This document shows positions 48,431 through 55,703 of a stretch of 64,000 bases of DNA, piece after piece. A program made the translations under genes and the position numbers. Within the stretch, counting starts at the first letter, position 1. The number at the start of each line of letters is the position of its first letter. The notes below the pieces were generated by a model, which saw only the letters and a list, made by a program, of their open reading frames with translations, was not told the origin of the DNA and ran no database searches. The DNA comes from an uncultured Bacillales bacterium (GTDB lineage Bacteria > Bacillota_I > Bacilli_A > RF39 > UBA660), in assembly GCA_946539445.1 (NCBI GenBank), contig CAMNHK010000004.1, positions 5,897-69,896 on the forward strand. Reading direction: 5' to 3'.

Positions 48431-49967
48431 TTTTATAGATATAGCAAATTCCTGTACTAGTTATTATTAATCCTAAAATCAACATTAAATATGATGTAGT
48501 GGAAGCTGTATCTGGTACATCTACTACTTTGGCATTTTTGAAAGTAATTTGATGAGATAGATGAGAATCATCAATCGTAAAGTAAATTCTTTCATCGCTT
48601 GTGATGTATCCGTATGGAGCACTTAACTCTTCTACGTAATAACTTCCATCTGCTAAATCTGTAAATACTTTGGATTCAGTTGTTGTTTCAAATCTAGCAA
48701 CTTCGCTTCCGTCTGCTTTCTTTAATACTAAGATAGCTCCGGCTAATGGTGTATTGGTTGCTTGGTCCACTTTTGTAATATTTACTACTACATTTTTTGG
48801 TTTGTTTTCCATTGTAACTTTTACATCTCTATTACTATCTGAAATTGTAAATTTGATTGGTGTTTTATTTAGAACATAACCTGTAGGAGCTTTTGTTTCT
48901 TCTAAGGTATAAGTTCCATTTGGTAAATTTCTAAGAACATGACCATTAATGGTTGATGTCCATTTATATTCATTTCCTGCAGAATCTTTTACTACTAATT
49001 CTGCTCCTGCTAATGGTTGTTTTGTATTAGCATCAATTTTTGTAATGGTTACTCTTGATGTTAATATTTCTAGATTGAACTCAGATGATACATCTTTGTT
49101 GATTGCTTCTAGTAAAGCAACATTTTGCATTGTTTGATCTACTGGTGCATATTCATATGCCATATATTGTGTATATCCAGTAGCAGAAGCTTTCACTTTG
49201 ATTGTAGCGGTTGTTCCCGTTATAGATGATGCTGGTACTTTTACTTTAAAAGTATCATTTTTATTTACTGTAAATGCTCCTGTATAAGCTGTTTCTGTAC
49301 CATTAGAAGCAACAATTACTGTTCCTTTTGGTGCAGATTCTAAAGCTACGGTATAAGCTCCAAAGTTTTGAGCAGTTGTAGCTTTGATTTCATTTGATAC
49401 ATAGTAATTATTACTTAATGACATTGTCTTACCACCAATGGCATCCATTACTAATTTTGTATCGCTAACTCCGATAGCATCATTTCTATGAGCATATCCT
49501 TGTTCTGCTAATGATTTAACATAAGATCTCAATCCATAAGCATCACTTCCGTATTGCTTAAATTGATCTCCTAAGTTTTCACTTCCAGTAGTCATATCTA
49601 AATACCACCATACAGCGGTTTGGGTGATGTAATAGTCTTTATCGGTATCTCCTGTAATTGTTTTATATGGGAAACCATTTTTTAAGATATAAACTAATCC
49701 ACCATTTACATATCTACTGTTTGCTACTAAAGTAGCTTCAGTATTCTGAGCTGTTTTTTTATGAATGTTTAAACAATATAAATATTGTCCACGTGTCGTA
49801 ACTTTATATGAAAAAGATACGCCAGCAATATAGGTTCCAGATTGGTAAGCTTGACCTAGAGATATTCTATCATTTGCTGCAGATACTTGATGAAATGGTG
49901 TAACGATCATAGCAAGTGTTAATAACATCGTTACGAATGATTTGGCAATTCTTGTGAATTTTTTCAT
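48414..49967 (-). CDS. Cell-wall-anchored adhesin: thioester (TED/TQxA) domain, middle domain, two SpaA/CnaB-like domains and a VPDTA sorting signal
   Basis: Signal peptide ...FHQVSAAN. Cys65 lies in YLYCLN (nt 49773-49775) and Gln116 in ITQTAVWWY (nt 49620-49622). There are two repeats of the ITK(I/V)D..T..PLAGA type. The C-terminus is VPDTAS, followed by a hydrophobic helix and KNGKRA. Confidence 0.8.
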   Translation of the reverse strand: MKKFTRIAKSFVTMLLTLAMIVTPFHQVSAANDRISLGQAYQSGTYIAGVSFSYKVTTRGQYLYCLNIHKKTAQNTEATLVANSRYVNGGLVYILKNGFPYKTITGDTDKDYYITQTAVWWYLDMTTGSENLGDQFKQYGSDAYGLRSYVKSLAEQGYAHRNDAIGVSDTKLVMDAIGGKTMSLSNNYYVSNEIKATTAQNFGAYTVALESAPKGTVIVASNGTETAYTGAFTVNKNDTFKVKVPASSITGTTATIKVKASATGYTQYMAYEYAPVDQTMQNVALLEAINKDVSSEFNLEILTSRVTITKIDANTKQPLAGAELVVKDSAGNEYKWTSTINGHVLRNLPNGTYTLEETKAPTGYVLNKTPIKFTISDSNRDVKVTMENKPKNVVVNITKVDQATNTPLAGAILVLKKADGSEVARFETTTESKVFTDLADGSYYVEELSAPYGYITSDERIYFTIDDSHLSHQITFKNAKVVDVPDTASTTSYLMLILGLIITSTGICYIYKNGKRA

Positions 49968-49996
49968 TTTCTTCTCCCCCTCATTTAGTTGGCTAT

Positions 49997-50025
49997 ATTA
50001 TACCACAAATGACTTAAAATTTCAA
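49997..50025 (-). promoter_or_regulatory. Strong sigma-A promoter: TTGAAA, 17-nt spacer, TGGTATAAT
   Basis: Read on the minus strand about 30 nt upstream of the adhesin ATG. Confidence 0.75.
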
Positions 50026-50574
50026 GTATAATCTTTTTTCGGCGTCTTTTTGATACAAAATATTGTCGAAAATATCGTAAATTGTAAACGTTTTTCCATC
50101 AAAAAGTAGATAAGATGGAGGCTCTTTTCCAAGTGGTAGGGAAATGCTTCCTGGATTGATAAAGGTCTTATTTTCTTTTTCATGAATAAATGGAATATGA
50201 GTATGTCCATAGATTAGAGTTGTATTTTCTTTTTCCCAATTTCCCTCATGATAGATGTGACCATGCGTTATATATAATTCTTCTTTTGGAGTTTGGACAG
50301 TCCCTACTTCTGGAATGATTGGGAAGTGACTTTCTTTTACCACTTTTTCTGAGTCACAGTTTCCCCGAACACAAACCATTTTTTCTTGAAAAGAATCTAG
50401 GAACTCTTGGACATACTTTCGATCATATCCTGGTTCTGTTTGACGTTCTGGATTAATGGCATATAAATCTCCTAGTACCACTAGTTTGTCGCATTGATAC
50501 TCTTGAAATTTTTCTTTTACGAGTGGTAAGTTGGTTTTAAATCCATGAATATCGGAAATAAACATTATTTTCAT
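50014..50574 (-). CDS. YfcE/MJ0936-family metallophosphoesterase
   Basis: Motifs ISDIHG, GDL, GNCD and GHTH are all present. Confidence 0.8.
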   Translation of the reverse strand: MKIMFISDIHGFKTNLPLVKEKFQEYQCDKLVVLGDLYAINPERQTEPGYDRKYVQEFLDSFQEKMVCVRGNCDSEKVVKESHFPIIPEVGTVQTPKEELYITHGHIYHEGNWEKENTTLIYGHTHIPFIHEKENKTFINPGSISLPLGKEPPSYLLFDGKTFTIYDIFDNILYQKDAEKRLYLKF

Positions 50575-50665
50575 ATTCTCACCTCTACTTGTACTATATC
50601 ATAATTCTTCTTTGAAATAACACTTTTTTTCTTTTTTCATATACTATTTTGAGATAGGAGATTAT

Positions 50666-51658
50666 ATGAGAAAAAAATTATTTGTCATGATACTTTGTAG
50701 TATCTTAATTTTTGTGGTAGGAGCTTCTGCTTTATTCTCTTTTCAAAAAGAAAAAAAAGAGTCCCTACCTACGATTACCTTGGCAGAAGTTGCTCATACT
50801 CTGTTCTATGCACCTATGTATGTGGCTATTGAAAATGGTTTTTTTGAAAAACATGGTATTAACATTGATTTAATTCTAGCGAGTGGTGCCGATAAAGTTA
50901 CGGCCGCTGTATTATCTGGAGATGCAGATATTGGATTTTGTGGAAGTGAAGCAACTATCTATGTCTATTTGGGAGGAGAAAAAGATTATCTTCAAACGTT
51001 TTCCCAACTCACTCAAAAGGATGGAACTTTTCTAGTTTCTCGAAAAAAGTATGATTCTTTTTCTTTAGAAGATTTACGAGGAAAAACGATTATCGGTGGG
51101 AGAAGTGCCGGTATGCCAGAAATGACTTTAGAGTATGCTTTAAAACAAAATGGAATTAATCCTAAAGAAGATGTTACCATTGATACTTCCATTGCTTTTG
51201 CCGCTATGGCTGGAGCTTTTATGGGTGGAGAAGGAGACTTTGTAACTCTTTTTGAACCAACAGCATCGATGATAGAGAAAGAAGGATATGGTTCGGTTGT
51301 TGCTAGTGTGGGAGAGATAGCTGGAGTGGTTCCTTATACTTCCTATTCTGCTAGAAAAAGTTATATTCAAAATCATCCAGATCTTATTTATGAATTTGAT
51401 TCAGCGATTCAAGAGGGATTAGATTATGTTCATCAACATAGTGATGAAGATGTAGCTCTTTTGGTTCAAAAACAATTCCCTGATTCTTCCTTGGAAGAAA
51501 TAATAGATGCTATCCACCGATATCGTATGAATGATACTTGGCCCAAAACGACTTCTTTTTCAAAGCAATCATTTGATCATCTTCAAGAGATTATGATAGA
51601 TTATGGAGAATTAGAGACAAAAGTTCCTTATGAAGAATTGTTTTATTCTATTTCTTGA
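50666..51658 (+). CDS. ABC importer substrate-binding protein (NMT1/THI5-SsuA/TauA-like)
   Basis: 330 aa with an N-terminal anchor. The string LAEVAHTLFYAPMYVAIENGFFEKHGI is typical of NMT1-like SBPs. Confidence 0.7.
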   Translation: MRKKLFVMILCSILIFVVGASALFSFQKEKKESLPTITLAEVAHTLFYAPMYVAIENGFFEKHGINIDLILASGADKVTAAVLSGDADIGFCGSEATIYVYLGGEKDYLQTFSQLTQKDGTFLVSRKKYDSFSLEDLRGKTIIGGRSAGMPEMTLEYALKQNGINPKEDVTIDTSIAFAAMAGAFMGGEGDFVTLFEPTASMIEKEGYGSVVASVGEIAGVVPYTSYSARKSYIQNHPDLIYEFDSAIQEGLDYVHQHSDEDVALLVQKQFPDSSLEEIIDAIHRYRMNDTWPKTTSFSKQSFDHLQEIMIDYGELETKVPYEELFYSIS

Positions 51659-51726
51659 GACTTTGTCTCTTTTTTTACCCTATCCTTTTTGAAATTTCTT
51701 CATACAATACATTGTTAGGAGGAATT

Positions 51727-52473
51727 ATGAAACCTATATTAAGTGTTCAACATTTAAAAAAAATCTATCATACTCCCAAAGAAGAAATTGTGGCTTTGGA
51801 TGATATTTCTTTCACAGTCGAGGAAGGCGAATTTCTTTCGATTGTTGGGCCTAGTGGCTGTGGAAAATCCACTATTCTATCGCTTCTTTGTGGTATCTTA
51901 AAACCTACTAGTGGATTGATTCAATATGCTCCTTCCATTCATATAGCCTATATGCTTCAAGAAGATTCCCTACTTCCTTTTCGAACCGTTTTAGAAAATT
52001 GTTTGTTGGGATTAAAGATTACTCATCAATTATCTTTTACCAATATCCAATATGTACGTTCCCTATTAAAAAACTATGGACTAGAAGACTTTATTCATCA
52101 TTATCCACATCAATTATCAGGGGGGATGAGACAAAGATGTGCTCTTATTCGAACTCTTGCTTTAAAGCCGGATATCTTATTATTAGATGAAGCTACTTCT
52201 GCTTTGGATTATCAATCTCGTTTAATTATTAGTGATGATATTTACAATATTCTTAAGAAAGAAGGAAAGACAGCGATTATGGTAACTCATGATATCGGAG
52301 AAGCTATTAGTATGTCGGATAAAGTTCTTGTCCTTTCGAAAAGGCCTTCTAAAGTTCAAACTCTTTATACGATTTCTTTTCCGGAAAAAGAGACTCCCAT
52401 GAAGAACCGACAAAAAGAAGAATTTCAAGTTTATTATAATCAGATATGGAGGGATTTAGATGTTCAATTATAG
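51727..52473 (+). CDS. ABC importer ATP-binding protein (SsuB/TauB-like)
   Basis: GPSGCGKST, LSGGMRQR and LLLDEATSALD motifs. The start was moved to MKPILSVQHL (ATG 51727), preceded by AGGAGG. Confidence 0.85.
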   Translation: MKPILSVQHLKKIYHTPKEEIVALDDISFTVEEGEFLSIVGPSGCGKSTILSLLCGILKPTSGLIQYAPSIHIAYMLQEDSLLPFRTVLENCLLGLKITHQLSFTNIQYVRSLLKNYGLEDFIHHYPHQLSGGMRQRCALIRTLALKPDILLLDEATSALDYQSRLIISDDIYNILKKEGKTAIMVTHDIGEAISMSDKVLVLSKRPSKVQTLYTISFPEKETPMKNRQKEEFQVYYNQIWRDLDVQL

Positions 52474-53257
52474 TGAAGAACATGCTGCTTATTTAAGGGC
52501 TATCCGAAAACAAAAGTTTTGGATTCACTTTTTTCGAATTTTTCTATTATTATTTTTCTTAATTTTCTGGGAAATTTCTGCCAATTTCGGATGGTTGAAT
52601 CCATTTTTGTATTCCAGTCCATCTCGTATTTTTATAACATTATTCTCTCTTGATTCTAGTTTATTTCATCATATTGGTATTACTCTCTATGAAGTTTTGC
52701 TTTCTTTCCTAGCCAGTTCCTTTCTTAGTATTGTATGTGCTAGTTTTCTATGGAGATTTCCTTTTTTAGCCAAAGTATTGGATCCTTTTTTTACTATTTT
52801 TAATTCTCTTCCAAAAGTTGCTTTAGGTCCTTTGATTATTATTTGGATTGGAGCCAATCTTTCTTCCATTTGTTTTATGGCTTTTTTGATTAGTTTCTTT
52901 ACTACTACCATTACTATTTATCAACAATTTTCTTCTGTTCCTTCTTCCTATTTACTGTTAATGCAAAGTATGAAGGCCAAGAAATATCAAATATTCTGGA
53001 ATGTGATTTTTCCTAGTAGTTTGGACTCTATTCTGACGGCTCTTAAAATCAATGCTGCAATGTGTTTTATTGGTGTTATTATGGGAGAGTTTCTTGTTTC
53101 TAAAAAAGGAATTGGGTATTTGATTCAATATGGTTCCCAAGTATTTCGTTTAGACTTAGTTATTAGTGGTATCTTATTATTAGGTATTTTATCTTATCTA
53201 TTTTATTTGTTGATTGACTTCATTCAACATTTTATCCACAAAAAAAGAGGAAATTAA
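52460..53257 (+). CDS. ABC importer permease (SsuC/TauC-like)
   Basis: 265 aa with six TM segments. It overlaps the ATPase stop. RBS is GGAGGG. Confidence 0.8.
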   Translation: MFNYSEEHAAYLRAIRKQKFWIHFFRIFLLLFFLIFWEISANFGWLNPFLYSSPSRIFITLFSLDSSLFHHIGITLYEVLLSFLASSFLSIVCASFLWRFPFLAKVLDPFFTIFNSLPKVALGPLIIIWIGANLSSICFMAFLISFFTTTITIYQQFSSVPSSYLLLMQSMKAKKYQIFWNVIFPSSLDSILTALKINAAMCFIGVIMGEFLVSKKGIGYLIQYGSQVFRLDLVISGILLLGILSYLFYLLIDFIQHFIHKKRGN

Positions 53258-53267
53258 TTCCTCTTTT
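53243..53267. terminator. Bidirectional terminator containing both convergent stop codons
   Basis: AAAAGAGGAA-ATTAA-TTCCTCTTTT, with an A-tract on one side and a T-tract on the other. The permease TAA is at 53255-53257 and the ABC-F TAA (minus strand) is at 53254-53256. Confidence 0.7.
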
Positions 53268-54876
53268 GTCTTGCTCTCGTTGCTTTTAAATCATTATAAT
53301 TTCCTATATAATTTACTAGTTTTTGGTTTTCAAAATAGAGAATTCTTGTTGCTACTTTATTAATAAAGTAACGATCATGAGATATCATAAGAATGGTTCC
53401 TGAGTACTTTAGAAGAGCTTCTTCTAAAACTTCTTTGGTATTAATATCGATATGATTGGTTGGTTCATCTAATAATAAAACATTATTATCTTGTTGCATT
53501 AAACAGAATAATTTCAGACGCAGTCTTTCTCCTCCCGATAAATCTTTTAACCGTACAAAGATTCCTTCGGAATAGAATAAAAACTTTGTTAAAGCGCTTC
53601 TTAAGATTTCTTCGGTTCCGATAAAATACTGTCTGGCTTCTTCTAAAATCGTTTTTGTTTCATCTTCAAAACGAATATCTTGAGGAATATAACCAATCTT
53701 TACATTTGATCCTACTTTTATAGAGCTTTCTCTTCTCATAATATCTTTCATTAGAGTGGATTTCCCACAACCATTTTTTCCCATTAAGCAAACTCTTTCT
53801 TGATACTGAATGGAAAATTTTGTATTTTTTAATAATTCTTTTTCTCCAATGGAAAGAGAATACTGATCCGCTACTATGACATCTTTTCCACTTCTTTGAT
53901 TCATTTGGAATTTTAATGGAATTGTCTTACTTTCTTGTGGTTTTTCTAAAACCTCTATTTTCTCTAACCGTTTTTCGATACTAGCCGCTCTTCGAAAAAA
54001 GTTTTCTCCACAAGGATACGCTAATTTTCCAAATTCTCGTAATTTTTTGATTGATTTTTTCATTGCTTCTATCTGTTTTTGTTGAGTTTTATAGGCATTA
54101 AATTCGGAAGTAATTCTTCTTTCATTTTCTTCTAGGTAATAGGAATAATTTCCGTGAAAGATTTCGGCTTCTCCTCGATCTATTAAGATGGTTTTAGTGG
54201 CTACTTGATCTAGAAAATAGCGATCATGAGAAACTACAATAATGGTTTTCTTTAGATTTCTTAAAAAGCTTTCTAACCACTCGATCATATCAATATCTAA
54301 GTGATTATTTGGTTCATCTAATAATAAGATATCGGGTTCTCTTAGTAAGATTATGATTAAATTTACGATTGTCTTTTCTCCTCCTGATAACAACTCATAT
54401 TTTCTTTCTAAAAGTGATTCTGCTTTAAAGGCCGCGACTATTTTATCTATCTTTGTTTCTACTTCATAGCCACCAATCTCTATCATCTTTTCTTGGAGAT
54501 TGGAATACTTTATTACTTCTTTTTCTAGTTCTTCTCCGGTTAATTTTCCTAATTTTTCTTCTTCTTTCTTTAATTTTTCTTTTAGTTGATTAATCTCTGG
54601 AAAAGAATCTTGAATGATTTCTTTTACGGTATAAGGGTACCAGTCTGGATTTGGTTGCTGTGTTAATAATCCAATGGAAGCCTCTTTTCGAATAAAGACA
54701 TCCCCGCTTGATGGATTTTCTATTTTGGCAATTAATTTTAGAATGGTTGATTTTCCACAACCATTGGATCCTATTAAGGCAATATGGTCATTGGTTTTAC
54801 ATTCTATATTGATATTTTTTAAAACTACTTTTTCTCCATAGTTTTTGCTTACTTTATTGAAACTTATTTCTAACAT
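53254..54876 (-). CDS. ABC-F family ATPase (two ABC cassettes, no TM domain). A candidate ribosome-associated or ribosome-protection factor
   Basis: Cassette 1: GSNGCGKST / LSGGEKTIV / LLLDEPNNHLD. Cassette 2: GKNGCGKST / LSGGERLRL / LLLDEPTNHID. A helical linker of about 60 aa separates them. The start was moved to MLEISFNK (ATG 54876, RBS GAAGGA). Confidence 0.85.
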   Translation of the reverse strand: MLEISFNKVSKNYGEKVVLKNINIECKTNDHIALIGSNGCGKSTILKLIAKIENPSSGDVFIRKEASIGLLTQQPNPDWYPYTVKEIIQDSFPEINQLKEKLKKEEEKLGKLTGEELEKEVIKYSNLQEKMIEIGGYEVETKIDKIVAAFKAESLLERKYELLSGGEKTIVNLIIILLREPDILLLDEPNNHLDIDMIEWLESFLRNLKKTIIVVSHDRYFLDQVATKTILIDRGEAEIFHGNYSYYLEENERRITSEFNAYKTQQKQIEAMKKSIKKLREFGKLAYPCGENFFRRAASIEKRLEKIEVLEKPQESKTIPLKFQMNQRSGKDVIVADQYSLSIGEKELLKNTKFSIQYQERVCLMGKNGCGKSTLMKDIMRRESSIKVGSNVKIGYIPQDIRFEDETKTILEEARQYFIGTEEILRSALTKFLFYSEGIFVRLKDLSGGERLRLKLFCLMQQDNNVLLLDEPTNHIDINTKEVLEEALLKYSGTILMISHDRYFINKVATRILYFENQKLVNYIGNYNDLKATRARQKRN

Positions 54877-54896
54877 ATTCATCATCCTTCTATAAA

Positions 54897-54995
54897 TAAT
54901 AAAAACCTATACAACTGTATAGGTTCTATACAGATGTAGGCACGACAAAAACTTCACACCTACATCTCTTATTTTTTATAGTCGATGTGGTGTGA
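54897..54995 (-). promoter_or_regulatory. Transcription-attenuator RNA with four overlapping helices. The last is an intrinsic terminator
   Basis: Minus-strand helices are as follows. H1 pairs 54995-54984 with 54966-54954 (12 bp, one bulge). H2 pairs 54967-54959 with 54940-54932 (9 bp). H3 pairs 54933-54926 with 54922-54915 (8 bp). H4 pairs 54925-54917 with 54912-54904 (9 bp) and is followed by TTTATTATTT. H1/H2 and H3/H4 are mutually exclusive. Confidence 0.65.
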
Positions 54996-54996
54996 T

Positions 54997-55032
54997 CTAT
55001 AATGTATATCCGATGGTTTTGTTTGTATACAT
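54997..55032 (-). CDS. Leader peptide MYTNKTIGYTL (11 codons)
   Basis: ATG 55032 is preceded by AAGGAG (55046-55041) with an 8-nt spacer. The TAG stop lies 1 nt before helix H1. Confidence 0.6.
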   Translation of the reverse strand: MYTNKTIGYTL

Positions 55033-55053
55033 AATATTCACTCCTTGCATACT

Positions 55054-55081
55054 ATTATATTCTTTTTCACTCTTCTGTCAA
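55054..55081 (-). promoter_or_regulatory. Consensus sigma-A promoter: TTGACA, 16-nt spacer, TATAAT
   Basis: The -35 box is at 55081-55076 and the -10 box at 55059-55054 (minus strand). It spans the stop codon of the upstream gene. Confidence 0.75.
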
Positions 55082-55693
55082 ATGATCGTTGGTAATGTAT
55101 TCTTTTCTAGGGTTTGCTAGTAACTCCTGAACTTTTGTATTTTCTAATACTTTACTTCTTCTTTGTAAAAAAATGGATAGTTCTTGTTGAATGTAATTAC
55201 AATAGTCGGTTTTCGTATCATTACTGATACTCTTTTGACTTACTACTTCACATTCAAAGTCATTAGAACTGTTTCCTTCCATTAATAGGTAAGCATTCTC
55301 ATAAGATAGTTCGAAGTTAAACGTTGTATCTAGTGTATGTAAGTCAGAGGTAAAGTTTAGTGAGGTGGCAACTCCTTGTTGGTATACTAATTTCATTTCC
55401 ATGAAATTTAAAGATTCTTTTAATAAATAGTATTCTTCATAACTATTATCTTGTTTTTTTGATAAAGAATCATAATAATCATCTAATGTATTATTGGTTA
55501 CAATTTGTTTATAAAAGGCATCTTCATCATCTTCGGTTGTATATCCATCTTGTTTAATAGAATGGGTTAGTCCGCCATTATCGGTATAATAGGCAATAAT
55601 GGAACAAAGAGCAATTAACAATAATAATACAATCAATACAATGAGAAGAGTATTATTATCTTGTGCATTTTTTCTTTTTCTTCTTTTTGGCAT
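55067..55693 (-). CDS. N-terminally anchored protein of unknown function
   Basis: The start was moved to MPKRRKRKNAQ (ATG 55693, AAGGAG 6 nt upstream). One TM segment is followed by an acidic extracytoplasmic domain of about 165 aa. Confidence 0.6.
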   Translation of the reverse strand: MPKRRKRKNAQDNNTLLIVLIVLLLLIALCSIIAYYTDNGGLTHSIKQDGYTTEDDEDAFYKQIVTNNTLDDYYDSLSKKQDNSYEEYYLLKESLNFMEMKLVYQQGVATSLNFTSDLHTLDTTFNFELSYENAYLLMEGNSSNDFECEVVSQKSISNDTKTDYCNYIQQELSIFLQRRSKVLENTKVQELLANPRKEYITNDHLTEE

Positions 55694-55703
55694 ATGAATC
55701 TCC

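Noticed and set aside
50575-50665. A TPP (THI-box) riboswitch upstream of the NMT1/THI5-like ABC importer.
   Set aside because: The intergenic region is only about 90 nt and also has to hold the divergent promoters. It lacks the conserved CUGAGA and ACCUGAUCUGGAUAAUGCCAGCG-type elements.
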